From Gammaproteobacteria bacterium (GTDB taxonomy: Bacteria; Pseudomonadota; Gammaproteobacteria; Pseudomonadales; Halieaceae): 64,000 bases of DNA. Positions within the stretch are counted from its first letter, which is position 1. Every line of letters starts with the position of its first letter. Below, one piece after another: positions 42,915-52,828 of this stretch. Where the stretch lies: assembly GCA_024686215.1 (NCBI GenBank), contig JAIBDN010000005.1:4924-68923 (forward strand), in the 5' to 3' direction. The position numbers and the translations under genes were made by a program. The notes beneath the pieces were generated by a model. The model did no database searches and was not told the origin of the DNA. It worked only from the letters and a program-made list of their open reading frames with translations.

Positions 42915-43508
42915 CTAATCGCTTATCTGGTTGAGTATCAGATCCAACTCGCCCATTAATCCATCGATGGTGTCCAGGCCCAGCAACTCATATTTTATGT
43001 GCTCCTCCAGTGGCAACAGCTGCACCAGGGTACCGGCCACACTCCAGGCGTCGCTGTAGTCGATCGCCAGGTTCATACGCTGCACATGAGGGTGGGTTTC
43101 GAGACTCTCCAACACATCCAGCATCGGCTGCCAGCGCTCGTACATGACTGCCGGCTCAGGTGCCGATTGCACAACCACCTCCCCCACCACCAGACCGTTA
43201 CTGCGGGTGCTGGTAGTGTATAACTCGAAACGTCGGGCACCCTCTATAGTGACGCCCAGCAATCCATTGGGCAGCTGATCAAAATCTACAATGCGTGCAC
43301 AGGTCCCGTAATCACCGAGCTCCGGTGACGCCCTACCCTTTTCTGCTACTTCCGAACCACGACGAATCCACACCACGCCGAATTCACTGGCGGATTTCAT
43401 ACTCTCACGCACCAGGTCAAGATAACGCTGCTCGATGATCTGCAACGGCATACGCCCACAGGGCATCAGCACACTGGACAGGGGAAACAAGGGTAAAGCT
43501 TCAGTCAT
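42915..43508 (-). CDS. LON N-terminal (substrate-binding) domain-only protein
   Basis: LPLFPLSSVLMPCGRMPLQIIEQRYLDLV is a Lon N-domain start. I chose ATG 43508. There is no ATPase or protease part. Confidence 0.75.
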   Translation of the reverse strand: MTEALPLFPLSSVLMPCGRMPLQIIEQRYLDLVRESMKSASEFGVVWIRRGSEVAEKGRASPELGDYGTCARIVDFDQLPNGLLGVTIEGARRFELYTTSTRSNGLVVGEVVVQSAPEPAVMYERWQPMLDVLESLETHPHVQRMNLAIDYSDAWSVAGTLVQLLPLEEHIKYELLGLDTIDGLMGELDLILNQISD

Positions 43509-43519
43509 AGGTGGGGTTC

Positions 43520-43783
43520 TCAGGGTGCGCTCAACACTTCCAATTGTTGCAGGTTCAGTAATGCTTGTTCGCGGGTGTCGCCACAAACAGAGCGCTCCGG
43601 TGTGAACGCAGCACACAGGGCTGGTCGCCGGGAGTCATCGAATAAAGCGCAACCCATATCCTCGAGCAGGTGCACGCAAACTTCACCGGCCGCCTTACCT
43701 AGCGGCATACCAAAGAATGGTTGCTTGATCGATGGCGCAATGCAACATGCACCGCAGGCTTCACGACACTTCATCGTCGGCAT
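43520..43783 (-). CDS. YkgJ-family cysteine-cluster (zinc/iron-chelating) protein
   Basis: 87 aa. Contains CREACGACC...C...C...C. It overlaps the stop of the upstream RND gene. Confidence 0.7.
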   Translation of the reverse strand: MPTMKCREACGACCIAPSIKQPFFGMPLGKAAGEVCVHLLEDMGCALFDDSRRPALCAAFTPERSVCGDTREQALLNLQQLEVLSAP

Positions 43784-46382
43784 CCGGACCCAACGGCTTG
43801 ACCAGGAGAATCAACCGCGGCAGTAATAACAAGGCACCCAAAACAGCCGCAATCATCGCCAGTACGGTGAGCAAACCAAAATAAATACTGGGGTTGAAGT
43901 TGGACAGCGTCAGGGTGGAGAAACCTATCACTACGGTGACCGTGGTGTAGTAGACCGCCCGCCCAATACTGCTGTGACAACGATACAGTGTGGCCCGATA
44001 ACTCCGATCCACCTTAAACTCTTGCGTAAAGCGGTGCACATAGTGAATGCAGTCATCGACACCAATACCCACCACAATGGCCGCAATGGTTATGGTCATG
44101 ATATCCAAAGGAATACCGACCAGGCCCATCACGCCCAGAACCATACCCGCGGCCAGCAGATTGGGCGCCAGGGCAATCAACGCCAGGGAAAATGAACGAA
44201 ACAGGATCAGGAACATCAGCAATATGGCCAGGAATACCACCCCCAGGGTGAGTATTTGCGAACGGAACAGACTCTGCAACACGTTGTTATACAGCACCAG
44301 CATACCGGTAAACTGCACCTGTTCCGGAGCAAAGCCCATGTCGTCGATAAGATGCGCATGCAGGTCTTGCAGGAATTGGTCTCTGCGCAGGTTCTCGCTG
44401 GTCTCCTTGACCCGAACGGTAATCCTGGCCTGCTCCGCCTCGTCGGAGAAGTAGGGGGAGACCATCATTTGTTTGATATCGTCTGGCAGACTTTTTTGCA
44501 CGATAGCCAGCTCGACACCACCGATGTCATCGCCCAGCAGATTTTTCACTGCCGCAAAAACGGTAGACAGTGACAGCACCTTACCGGTTTCCGGCAGTGA
44601 GTCTATGTAGTTGTGCGCGGCGTCCAGCTCGCGCATTCCTTCCAGGCTGAACCAGTAACTAGGCACAAAGGCTTCTTCGGCGCTGGCAAACTCATCGTAG
44701 TCGCTAGAAAATTCATCGTCCCACTCTTCTTCGCCAGCGGCATCGACTGCAGCAGTGGCATCTCCGAAGTCATCAAACTCTTCTGCGAAAGGGTCATCAG
44801 CGGCCACTGGCAGCGTATCGGCAGCCGCTGCATTCAGCTCGAGACCGGGTAGTGGGGCATCCTGGTCCGGGGGAGTGAGGATAATATCCAATGGAATGGT
44901 GCCGCCCAGGCGCGAGTCCAGCAGTTCCATGCCCTGGTATATTTCCGTGGACTTGTGGAAATAGTCGATGAAGCGATTTTCGACTTCCAGACGACTAATA
45001 CCCAACAGGGTTAACGCGACCAAGATGCCGGTGACCAGAAAGATTGCACGACCAAAGTGGTCCGCGAGACGCGCAAAGTGCGCCGTCAGCACCGGGTCAC
45101 TGCCCGAGTGATGGTGCGGCTTGCCGGTTGGCCATACCAACATCAGACAGGGCACAATGGTAAAAGCCATCAACAGAGCCACCACAATACCTGTCGTCAT
45201 CATCCAGCCAAAATCAATGACCGGCTGAATTCCGGACACCACCAGGGACATAAAGGCGACGATCGTGGTGATGCCGGTATAAAAGCAGGGAATCGCCATT
45301 AGCTGCATACTGCGCACTACACGGTCGTGTAAATCTCCATCCGGGTCTTCCGCGTGCAACTCCCTGTAGCGCACAATCAGGTGAATGGATATCGCCAGGG
45401 TGATAATCAACAGCACCGCCACGAAATTGGAGGAAATAACCGTCATACGCCAATCCAGCGCGCCCAGTAATCCCAGCATAATTACCACGGTGGCGGAGCA
45501 GGTCACCAGCGGAATCACCACCCAGCGCACCCGCCTGAAGATAATCGCCAGGGCAACCAGCATAATCCCCAGAATGGCAGCGCCGAATACCACCAGGTCG
45601 CTGCCGACAAAGCTGACCATATCCACCGCGATCATCGGCACACCGCCAACAAACACACTGGCATATGCTGAGTAACGCGCGGCAACCTCGCGAACCTCTT
45701 GCACCAACTTGGCCTGGGCATCCAGCGACACCACAGTATGCGCTTTGAAGGCCGCCTCCACTTCGCGCAGTTCACGCTTTTCCTGGCTGGAGAGGCCCTC
45801 GCTATCGCGCTGCATGCGCAGGGCTTCTCGCCTACCCAGTAAATCGTAATAGAACTCGTCAAACTCCAGGTTGATTTGCACTGCACTGACCTTGCCGTCA
45901 CGGCTGGCCAACAAATCGGCGTAGATCGGGCTGGTGGTCAGTTCGCGCAGCACCAGTTCCAGGTCGATCCCCTCCTGGCGCAGGCTGGGCAAAGGCTCCG
46001 GTGAAGTAATATCCGACAGCGTAACTGGCGGGCTCTCCAGCAGGGGCACATCCAACACCGTTACGACCGAAGACACCCCCGACAAGGCGCGCAACTCCTC
46101 GGCCATCTGGTCAAGAGGCTGCAGGGAAGCGGGGGCCAGCAGTTCCGCATAGGGCTGCCAGGTGATAATCAGGAAGTCTTCAGAGCTGTATTGCGTGCTG
46201 ATCTTGCGATAGAACTCCAGTGCCGGGTCGCCCTGCAGCATCAGCGAATCAGCTGACGCATCCAGCTCTATCTTATGCAGTTGCGTGGAAAAACCGCCCA
46301 CCAGAAGCGCAATCAGCAGCAGTGCCAGGCGAGGCCGGCGCAAAATCAACCAGTCGTAGGCATTGAGCAACATATCAATCAC
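43761..46382 (-). CDS. RND/MMPL-superfamily transporter (12 TM, two large periplasmic loops)
   Basis: 873 aa. Two repeated 6-TM bundles of the MMPL / sterol-sensing-domain type, plus an acidic low-complexity loop. Confidence 0.8.
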   Translation of the reverse strand: MIDMLLNAYDWLILRRPRLALLLIALLVGGFSTQLHKIELDASADSLMLQGDPALEFYRKISTQYSSEDFLIITWQPYAELLAPASLQPLDQMAEELRALSGVSSVVTVLDVPLLESPPVTLSDITSPEPLPSLRQEGIDLELVLRELTTSPIYADLLASRDGKVSAVQINLEFDEFYYDLLGRREALRMQRDSEGLSSQEKRELREVEAAFKAHTVVSLDAQAKLVQEVREVAARYSAYASVFVGGVPMIAVDMVSFVGSDLVVFGAAILGIMLVALAIIFRRVRWVVIPLVTCSATVVIMLGLLGALDWRMTVISSNFVAVLLIITLAISIHLIVRYRELHAEDPDGDLHDRVVRSMQLMAIPCFYTGITTIVAFMSLVVSGIQPVIDFGWMMTTGIVVALLMAFTIVPCLMLVWPTGKPHHHSGSDPVLTAHFARLADHFGRAIFLVTGILVALTLLGISRLEVENRFIDYFHKSTEIYQGMELLDSRLGGTIPLDIILTPPDQDAPLPGLELNAAAADTLPVAADDPFAEEFDDFGDATAAVDAAGEEEWDDEFSSDYDEFASAEEAFVPSYWFSLEGMRELDAAHNYIDSLPETGKVLSLSTVFAAVKNLLGDDIGGVELAIVQKSLPDDIKQMMVSPYFSDEAEQARITVRVKETSENLRRDQFLQDLHAHLIDDMGFAPEQVQFTGMLVLYNNVLQSLFRSQILTLGVVFLAILLMFLILFRSFSLALIALAPNLLAAGMVLGVMGLVGIPLDIMTITIAAIVVGIGVDDCIHYVHRFTQEFKVDRSYRATLYRCHSSIGRAVYYTTVTVVIGFSTLTLSNFNPSIYFGLLTVLAMIAAVLGALLLLPRLILLVKPLGPDADDEVS

Positions 46383-47760
46383 AGGGGTTCTCCGCTTCCA
46401 AGCTAGTCAGTAGCTTCTGGTGAACACCACCGAAACTGCCATTACTCATAATTACAACCTGGTCACCCGGTTGACCGGTGGCAACAACCGCCGCCACCAG
46501 CTCATCAATATCAGTGGCCAACGCTGCCGGGACCGGACTGTCGGCTAGCACCGAATCCAGTGACCAATCCATGCCCGCGGGTTGGAACCAGAATACCTGA
46601 TCTGCATCGCTGGTGGCCTGGGCAAGTTGCTGGCGATGTTGTCCCATGCGCATGGTATTGGAACGCGGTTCAATCAGTGCGATCACCCGGCCACTGCCAG
46701 AACGCGCTCGCAGGCCCTGCAGGGTTGTGGCGATAGCGGTGGGATGGTGGGCAAAATCATCGTAAATTTCCATTCCAGCGACATTGCCCAGCAATTCCAG
46801 GCGCCGTTTGACACCGGAAAATTCACCCAGGGCAGCGGCGGCGATTTGCGGCGTAACCCCCACGTGATGCGCGGCTGCCATCGCGGTCAACGCGTTTTCC
46901 ACATTGTGCAGCCCGCAATAGGGCCAGTTCACGCGCACCGGTTCAGCGGCGCCGCGCTGCACGTTGAAACATGAACCATCTGCGTCCAGCAGTTGGGCAC
47001 GCCAATCCGCTACTGGGTCTTCCCCGATGCTGAAGGAGGTGGTCGGGGTCCAGCAGCCCATGGCCAGGGTGTCATCGATCGCCGCCACACCCTGCTGATG
47101 CACAATAAGTCCCTCCGCAGGTACACAGCGCACCAGGTGATGAAATTGCCGCTGGATGGCAGCCAGATCGGCAAAGATATCCGCGTGGTCAAATTCCAGA
47201 TTGTTGATTGCCAGGGTGCGCGGGCGGTAGTGCACGAACTTCGAGCGCTTGTCAAAAAACGCCGTATCGTACTCGTCAGCCTCCACCACGAAAAAATCGG
47301 TATCTCCCAGACGTGCCGAGAGACCGAAATTACCCGGCACTCCACCGATGAGAAACCCCGGGGACATGCCGGCATATTCCAGAATCCAGGCCAGCATGCT
47401 GCTGGTGGTGGTCTTGCCATGCGTACCGGATACCGCCAACACCCATTTATCTTGCAGTAGATGCTCGGCCAGCCACTGTGGGCCGGAGGTATAGGCCAGG
47501 CCGCTATTGAGCATGTATTCGATAGCGGGATTGCCACGCGTCATGGCGTTGCCCACCACGACGCAATCGGGCCGCGGCTGCAAATGCTGCGCTGCATAGC
47601 CTTCCATCAACTCGATACCGGCGGCACGCAGTTGGGTGCTCATGGGTGGGTACACATTGGCGTCGGATCCTGTGACCGTATAGCCCAGCTCTCTGGCTAG
47701 CAGGGCGATGCCCCCCATAAAGGTGCCACAGATACCCAATATATGAATATGTTCTTTCAA
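46375..47760 (-). CDS. mpl: UDP-N-acetylmuramate:L-alanyl-gamma-D-glutamyl-meso-DAP ligase
   Basis: HILGICGTFMGGIALLARELGY..GSDANVYPPMS aligns with E. coli Mpl from residue 3. A TTG start at 47760 with an AAGGGG RBS fits the family N-terminus. Confidence 0.9.
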   Translation of the reverse strand: MKEHIHILGICGTFMGGIALLARELGYTVTGSDANVYPPMSTQLRAAGIELMEGYAAQHLQPRPDCVVVGNAMTRGNPAIEYMLNSGLAYTSGPQWLAEHLLQDKWVLAVSGTHGKTTTSSMLAWILEYAGMSPGFLIGGVPGNFGLSARLGDTDFFVVEADEYDTAFFDKRSKFVHYRPRTLAINNLEFDHADIFADLAAIQRQFHHLVRCVPAEGLIVHQQGVAAIDDTLAMGCWTPTTSFSIGEDPVADWRAQLLDADGSCFNVQRGAAEPVRVNWPYCGLHNVENALTAMAAAHHVGVTPQIAAAALGEFSGVKRRLELLGNVAGMEIYDDFAHHPTAIATTLQGLRARSGSGRVIALIEPRSNTMRMGQHRQQLAQATSDADQVFWFQPAGMDWSLDSVLADSPVPAALATDIDELVAAVVATGQPGDQVVIMSNGSFGGVHQKLLTSLEAENPCD

Positions 47761-47934
47761 CGAATGCCCCTTATTCTGCAGCGCGCATGGTAGCACGCAG
47801 CATGCCAGGCCCACAGTTACCTGCCTTAATTACACCGATAGCTGTCCACAATCGATGGTATTTTACGTATCATACGCAGCCATCTGAATATCAGCTGGCC
47901 AGGGACGTGGTCAGCCACCACGGAACCCTGCTTC

Positions 47935-49197
47935 ATGTCGCGCAAAAATGTCTTTTATGCCCAGTCGGGCGGTGTCACCTCTGTTATCAATGCCTCAGCC
48001 TGCGGCGTCATCGAAACCGCCCGCAAACACCGCAGCAGTATCGGCAAGGTCTATGCCGGGCGCAACGGAATAATCGGCGCCTTGCGCGAAGACCTGATTG
48101 ACACCAGCAAGGAAAGCGCAACAGCCATTCGCGGCCTGGCCTCTACCCCTGCCGGAGCATTCGGCTCCTGCCGCCACAAGCTCAAGGGACTGGAAGAGAG
48201 CCGCGCCGAATACGAACGCCTGATAGCAGTGTTCAAGGCGCACAACATCGGTTACTTCTTTTACAACGGTGGTGGTGACTCAGCCGACACCTGCCTCAAG
48301 GTGTCGCAGCTCAGCGAGACCATGGGCTATCCGCTACAGGCCATCCACATACCCAAGACGATAGACAATGATCTGCCGCTGACCGATTGCTGCCCCGGAT
48401 TCGGCTCAGTGGCCAAATATATTGCCATATCTACCCGCGAGGCCGCGCTGGATGTGGCCTCCATGTGCGAAACGTCTACCAAGGTGTTTATCCTGGAAGC
48501 TATGGGCCGCCATGCGGGCTGGATTGCCGCCTCTGCCGGCCTGGCCGCCGAGCAAGACGGGGATGCACCACACATTATCCTGTTCCCGGAAATCGCCTTC
48601 AATCGGGAAAAATTCCTGGCCAGGGTGCGCCGCACGGTCAAGCGCCATGGCTATTGCGTAATCGTTGCCTCCGAGGGCGCACAATACAAAGACGGCACCT
48701 TCCTCGCAGAGTCCGGGCACAAGGATGCCTTTGGTCACTCCCAACTGGGCGGCCTGGCGCCTACCCTGGCGCAGATGGTCAAGGACGAACTGGGTTACAA
48801 GTATCACTGGGCGGTGGCCGATTACCTGCAGCGTTCCGCCCGGCATATCGCCTCCCGGACGGACGTAGAGCAGGCCTATGGACTGGGCGAAGCCGCGGTT
48901 GAAATGGCCCTGCAGGGCAAGAATGCCATTATGCCGTGTATTGTGCGTGGGAAGGGCAAACGCTACCGCTGGTCCATCGGTGAGGCGCCCCTGGACCAGG
49001 TAGCAAATCGGGAAAAGAAGATGCCACGTAATTACATCACCAGGGATGGTTTCGGCATTACCGAAGCCGCCCGCGAGTACCTGGCCCCGCTGATTGTCGG
49101 TGAGGCCTATCCCGAGTACCGCAATGGCCTGCCACGCTATGTGCGATTGAAAAATATAGCCGTTGAAAAGAAATTGAAAGCGACCTTTAAGCTGTAG
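47935..49197 (+). CDS. PFK-A-family phosphofructokinase (420-aa long type, possibly PPi-dependent)
   Basis: The start FYAQSGGVTSVINASACGVIE, the NGGGDSADT motif and PKTIDNDL are present. The phosphoryl donor cannot be decided from sequence by eye. Confidence 0.8.
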   Translation: MSRKNVFYAQSGGVTSVINASACGVIETARKHRSSIGKVYAGRNGIIGALREDLIDTSKESATAIRGLASTPAGAFGSCRHKLKGLEESRAEYERLIAVFKAHNIGYFFYNGGGDSADTCLKVSQLSETMGYPLQAIHIPKTIDNDLPLTDCCPGFGSVAKYIAISTREAALDVASMCETSTKVFILEAMGRHAGWIAASAGLAAEQDGDAPHIILFPEIAFNREKFLARVRRTVKRHGYCVIVASEGAQYKDGTFLAESGHKDAFGHSQLGGLAPTLAQMVKDELGYKYHWAVADYLQRSARHIASRTDVEQAYGLGEAAVEMALQGKNAIMPCIVRGKGKRYRWSIGEAPLDQVANREKKMPRNYITRDGFGITEAAREYLAPLIVGEAYPEYRNGLPRYVRLKNIAVEKKLKATFKL

Positions 49198-49316
49198 TCG
49201 ACTTTAGTCCAAAGCGGGGCGAAGTCGTCAATCTTTTCCTCAATCAGGCGAGATTTTGACCACCTTTGTCTGTACAATGCGCGCCTCCGTAGTGAAGCAA
49301 CTTCGAGGTAAAGTTC

Positions 49317-49961
49317 ATGTACAGTAATCGTGATTTCAACCGCTGGCGCCGTCACCCCTGGCACGGCCTACATACCCATTCCGAAGGAATGCCCAAGGAC
49401 ATCGTCCAGGTCTATATCGAGATGACTCCTGACGACGTGGTGAAGTACGAGCTGGATAAAGCATCCGGTTTCCTGATGGTAGATCGCCCCCAACGCACCA
49501 CTTCCAGCCCCCCGGCCCTGTACGGCTTTATTCCACGCACTTACTGTGCCGAAGAGGTGGCCAAGCGCTGCCCTGACGTAGACGTGGCCGATGGCGATCC
49601 GCTGGATATTTGCGTGTTCTCAGAACGGCACATCACCCGCGCCGACATCGTGCTGAATGCCCGCGTAGTCGGCGGCATCCAGATGATCGACGGAGGCGAA
49701 GCCGACGACAAGATTGTCGCAGTACTGGACGGCGACAACATCTGGGGTGACGTTCACGACATTGCGGATTTACCCAGCATCAAGACCGAACGCCTGCAAC
49801 ATTATTTCTCTACCTATAAAATGATTCCCGGCAAGGAAATCGACGTCAAGGTAGATTTTGTCTACGGCCGCGAGGAAGCCCTGAAAGTCATCGCCGCCGC
49901 AGAGCTGGATTACCAGAACCACTTTGGCCACCTGCATACGCAGGCCAAAGCCAGGGAATAA
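49317..49961 (+). CDS. ppa: family I inorganic pyrophosphatase (long form)
   Basis: 214 aa. Contains DGDPLD and YELDK, which are family I signature elements. Confidence 0.8.
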   Translation: MYSNRDFNRWRRHPWHGLHTHSEGMPKDIVQVYIEMTPDDVVKYELDKASGFLMVDRPQRTTSSPPALYGFIPRTYCAEEVAKRCPDVDVADGDPLDICVFSERHITRADIVLNARVVGGIQMIDGGEADDKIVAVLDGDNIWGDVHDIADLPSIKTERLQHYFSTYKMIPGKEIDVKVDFVYGREEALKVIAAAELDYQNHFGHLHTQAKARE

Positions 49962-50011
49962 AGCGACCACCTGCCCCCGACCGTGACACCGTCCCTATCG
50001 GGGGAACTACC

Positions 50012-50722
50012 CTACAGGGCCGGGCACCAGTCCTGCGGCACCTGCACATAGCGGCGCATAATCTCCGCCATATCCCCCTCTATTTCCGCACGCAGCAGTA
50101 GCTCGCCCGCGGCGTCCCAGCACTCGCGCAACAGATCACCATGCAATAGCCCGGAACAAGGCAGCGCCAGCGGTGCAAAACTGAGATGCCAACGCTCCGG
50201 CGCTACCCCGCCCGTGTCGCGGGCATAGGGTCGAAAAAAGCCCTGGGACTGATTTGCCTGCATGCGCTGATCAAGCCAACAGTGCAGCGCGTCAAAAACA
50301 CCGCCGCTGGAAACTTCCCGGGCGGATAACTGCACCTGGTAAGCAGTGGATACGGCGGCGGCATCATAGACATCGATATCGGTGCCCCAATGATGGCGCG
50401 AGCTTCCCGGAATAGCCGAATAGCGCAGGATGGCGCGCAATTGCTGCGCAGGCGTCAGGCTACTCATGCCAACGGGCTCGTCCTGCTCGTCATACACCGG
50501 GCGCTCTCCGCTGGCCTTGGCATTCCAGATTGCCAGCTGTCGCGCGTAGGAGCGAAAGCTGCTGGCAATCACCAAATCAAAACCTGCCTCCCGGGCATCC
50601 GTTTGTAGTAAAGCAAATGCCTGCCCTGCCTGCTCCCGCATGCGGTGACCACAAGGTAGGTCAACCAGGTGCGATTCATCCATCCCGGTCAGTTGTTGCC
50701 AGCTGAGTGCCGGTGTTGTCAT
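50012..50722 (-). CDS. M15-family D-Ala-D-Ala/LD-carboxypeptidase (VanY-like)
   Basis: SSFRSYARQ...SRHHWGTDIDV are the zinc-ligand motifs of M15B/VanY. Confidence 0.8.
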   Translation of the reverse strand: MTTPALSWQQLTGMDESHLVDLPCGHRMREQAGQAFALLQTDAREAGFDLVIASSFRSYARQLAIWNAKASGERPVYDEQDEPVGMSSLTPAQQLRAILRYSAIPGSSRHHWGTDIDVYDAAAVSTAYQVQLSAREVSSGGVFDALHCWLDQRMQANQSQGFFRPYARDTGGVAPERWHLSFAPLALPCSGLLHGDLLRECWDAAGELLLRAEIEGDMAEIMRRYVQVPQDWCPAL

Positions 50723-51447
50723 ACAACGCCCTCTTGCGCAGCCTGTGGTGGGTCCAGAGTGAAAGGCAGGGGTGTGGTCAGCACTATAGCGCCAGGCGTC
50801 ACTCGCGCGCCCCAGGCCTGCACTTCAACACCGTCGGACATGACCTCGCATAAGGCATCGCGGTAGCGCGGGTCGATATCTCCGGCAGCACTGACATGGT
50901 CGATCCCCTGGTGCAATACACAGAAAAACAACACTGCCCGGGTACGCTTATCCAGCACCGAGCGCAGGGCATACAGGTGCTTACGGCCACGCTCGCTTAC
51001 AGCATCGGGAAAAACACCCAAAGAGCCCTCGCGGCACAGCGTCACGGATTTCACTTCGACAAAGACAGCGCCAGCGTCTCCCTCCAGCAGCAGGTCAGCG
51101 CGACTGCCGCCCGCGTATTTCACTTCTGAACGAATATCAGGATACCCTGCAAAACCCGGCACTACACCCGCGACAAAAGCCTCGCGCACCACCTGATTGG
51201 CCTTTGCTGAATGGATGCAGGCCATACCACGGCTGGTTTCCACCAGTTCCCAGGTGTGCGGATACTTGCGCGTTTTCGAGTCGCTGCGCGACAACCACAC
51301 CGGCGACCCCGGTTCAGCACAACCGGTCATAGCACCGGTATTCGGGCAATGTACGGTGATCATTTCACCTGTGGGCAGTTCCACATCCGCCAGAAAGCGC
51401 TTGTAGCGGCGTAATAACTTGCCCTGCTGCAGAGCTGTAAAATCCAT
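50719..51447 (-). CDS. sfsA: sugar fermentation stimulation protein homolog
   Basis: 242 aa. The start GKLLRRYKRFLADVELPTGEMITVHCPNTG is typical of SfsA. Confidence 0.9.
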   Translation of the reverse strand: MDFTALQQGKLLRRYKRFLADVELPTGEMITVHCPNTGAMTGCAEPGSPVWLSRSDSKTRKYPHTWELVETSRGMACIHSAKANQVVREAFVAGVVPGFAGYPDIRSEVKYAGGSRADLLLEGDAGAVFVEVKSVTLCREGSLGVFPDAVSERGRKHLYALRSVLDKRTRAVLFFCVLHQGIDHVSAAGDIDPRYRDALCEVMSDGVEVQAWGARVTPGAIVLTTPLPFTLDPPQAAQEGVV

Positions 51448-51448
51448 G

Positions 51449-52624
51449 TCAGCGCAACACGCCTGCGAGACGCTCTACCGCCAACTCCAGGCGCTCCATA
51501 CCGGTGGTATAGGAAAAACGAATATGGCGTGCGGACAAGTGATGGCCGAAATCGAGACCCGGCGTGAGTGCCACGCCGTGCTCCTCGAGTAATTGCATAC
51601 AAAATGCCTGGCTGTCAGTAGTGAAACGGCTGGCATCGGCATAGATGTAAAACGCACCCTGGGGCGGACTGGGCACCTTAAACCCCAACTCTTGAACGGC
51701 GGGCAACAGAAAATCCCGGCGCTGGCGAAAGATTTCGCGACGCTCGTCGAGAATATCCCGGGTAGCGGCTTCGAAACCCGCCAGGGCGGCGTGTTGAGCC
51801 ATAGTGGACTGGGAGATGAACAGGTTTTGTGCCAACTTTTCCATTTCGTCTACCGCTGCCTCAGGCGCGACCAGCCAACCCAGGCGCCAGCCGGTCATAC
51901 CGAAGTACTTGGAGAAACTGTTGATGACAAAGGCGTCGGGATCCAGCTCCAGCACCGATGGGGTCTCGACAGCATAGGCCAGGCCGTGATAAATCTCATC
52001 CACTACCAGGTAACCCTGGCGCGAACGTACCTCTGCGGCCAGCGCGGACAAGGCATCCCGATCCAGCACAGTACCGGTGGGGTTGGCCGGGGATGCCACC
52101 AGCACACCGATGGTGTTGTCCTGCCAATTAGCGGCAACCAGCTCGGCGCTCAACTGGTAATTAGTGTCCGCGCCCACGGGCACCAACTGCCCGCGGCCTT
52201 CCACCAGGCGCAGAAAATGTCGATTGCAGGGGTAGCCCGGATCCGTCATCAGCATCCCATCACCAGGATTCATCAACAGTGCTGAAATCAGCAGCAAGGC
52301 GCCCGATGCGCCCGGCGTCACCATTATCCGCCGTGGCGAAATATCCAGGCCATACTGCTGCGCGTAGTACGCGGATAGCGCTTCACGCAACTGCGGGATA
52401 CCCGCTGCCTGCGTGTAATAGGTCTCGCCACGGGCCAGGGCCGCCCTGCCCGCCTCAACAATGGGCGCCGCCGTGGCGAAGTCGGGCTCTCCTGCAGCCA
52501 TATGCACAATATCTCGACCCGAGGCCGCCAGCGCAGTGGCCCGAGCCAATACCTCTACTACGCGAAAAGGCTCAATATCCGCAACGCGGCGAGCAAAGCC
52601 GCCGGGGCGCTGTTGATCCGCCAT
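51449..52624 (-). CDS. class I/II pyridoxal-phosphate-dependent aminotransferase
   Basis: Contains NPTG and SFSKYFGMTGWRLG (the PLP lysine motif). The start is ATG 52624 or up to 52636. Confidence 0.85.
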   Translation of the reverse strand: MADQQRPGGFARRVADIEPFRVVEVLARATALAASGRDIVHMAAGEPDFATAAPIVEAGRAALARGETYYTQAAGIPQLREALSAYYAQQYGLDISPRRIMVTPGASGALLLISALLMNPGDGMLMTDPGYPCNRHFLRLVEGRGQLVPVGADTNYQLSAELVAANWQDNTIGVLVASPANPTGTVLDRDALSALAAEVRSRQGYLVVDEIYHGLAYAVETPSVLELDPDAFVINSFSKYFGMTGWRLGWLVAPEAAVDEMEKLAQNLFISQSTMAQHAALAGFEAATRDILDERREIFRQRRDFLLPAVQELGFKVPSPPQGAFYIYADASRFTTDSQAFCMQLLEEHGVALTPGLDFGHHLSARHIRFSYTTGMERLELAVERLAGVLR

Positions 52625-52828
52625 AAACATCCCCACTGGTGTTAATACTGCTTATTCTAACAATAGCTGATCAGCGGCGTTAGCTCAGCGCAAAAACTAT
52701 GCGGAAATAGTGGCACCGGGGCAGCGAATCTGGTAGTTTCTCCGCCCTCGCTTGGGGGCACCCTTTTAGAACACCTCCAAGCACTTGTGAGTATCGTCCA
52801 GTTACCTTTGCCGTATGGGAAAATAACC

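Noticed and set aside
52674-52690. GCGGCGTTAGCTCAGCG resembles the 5' acceptor and D-arm of a tRNA.
   Set aside because: The downstream sequence has no anticodon stem, no GTTCRANNC T-arm and no complementary 3' acceptor strand. It is not a tRNA or an obvious tRNA fragment.
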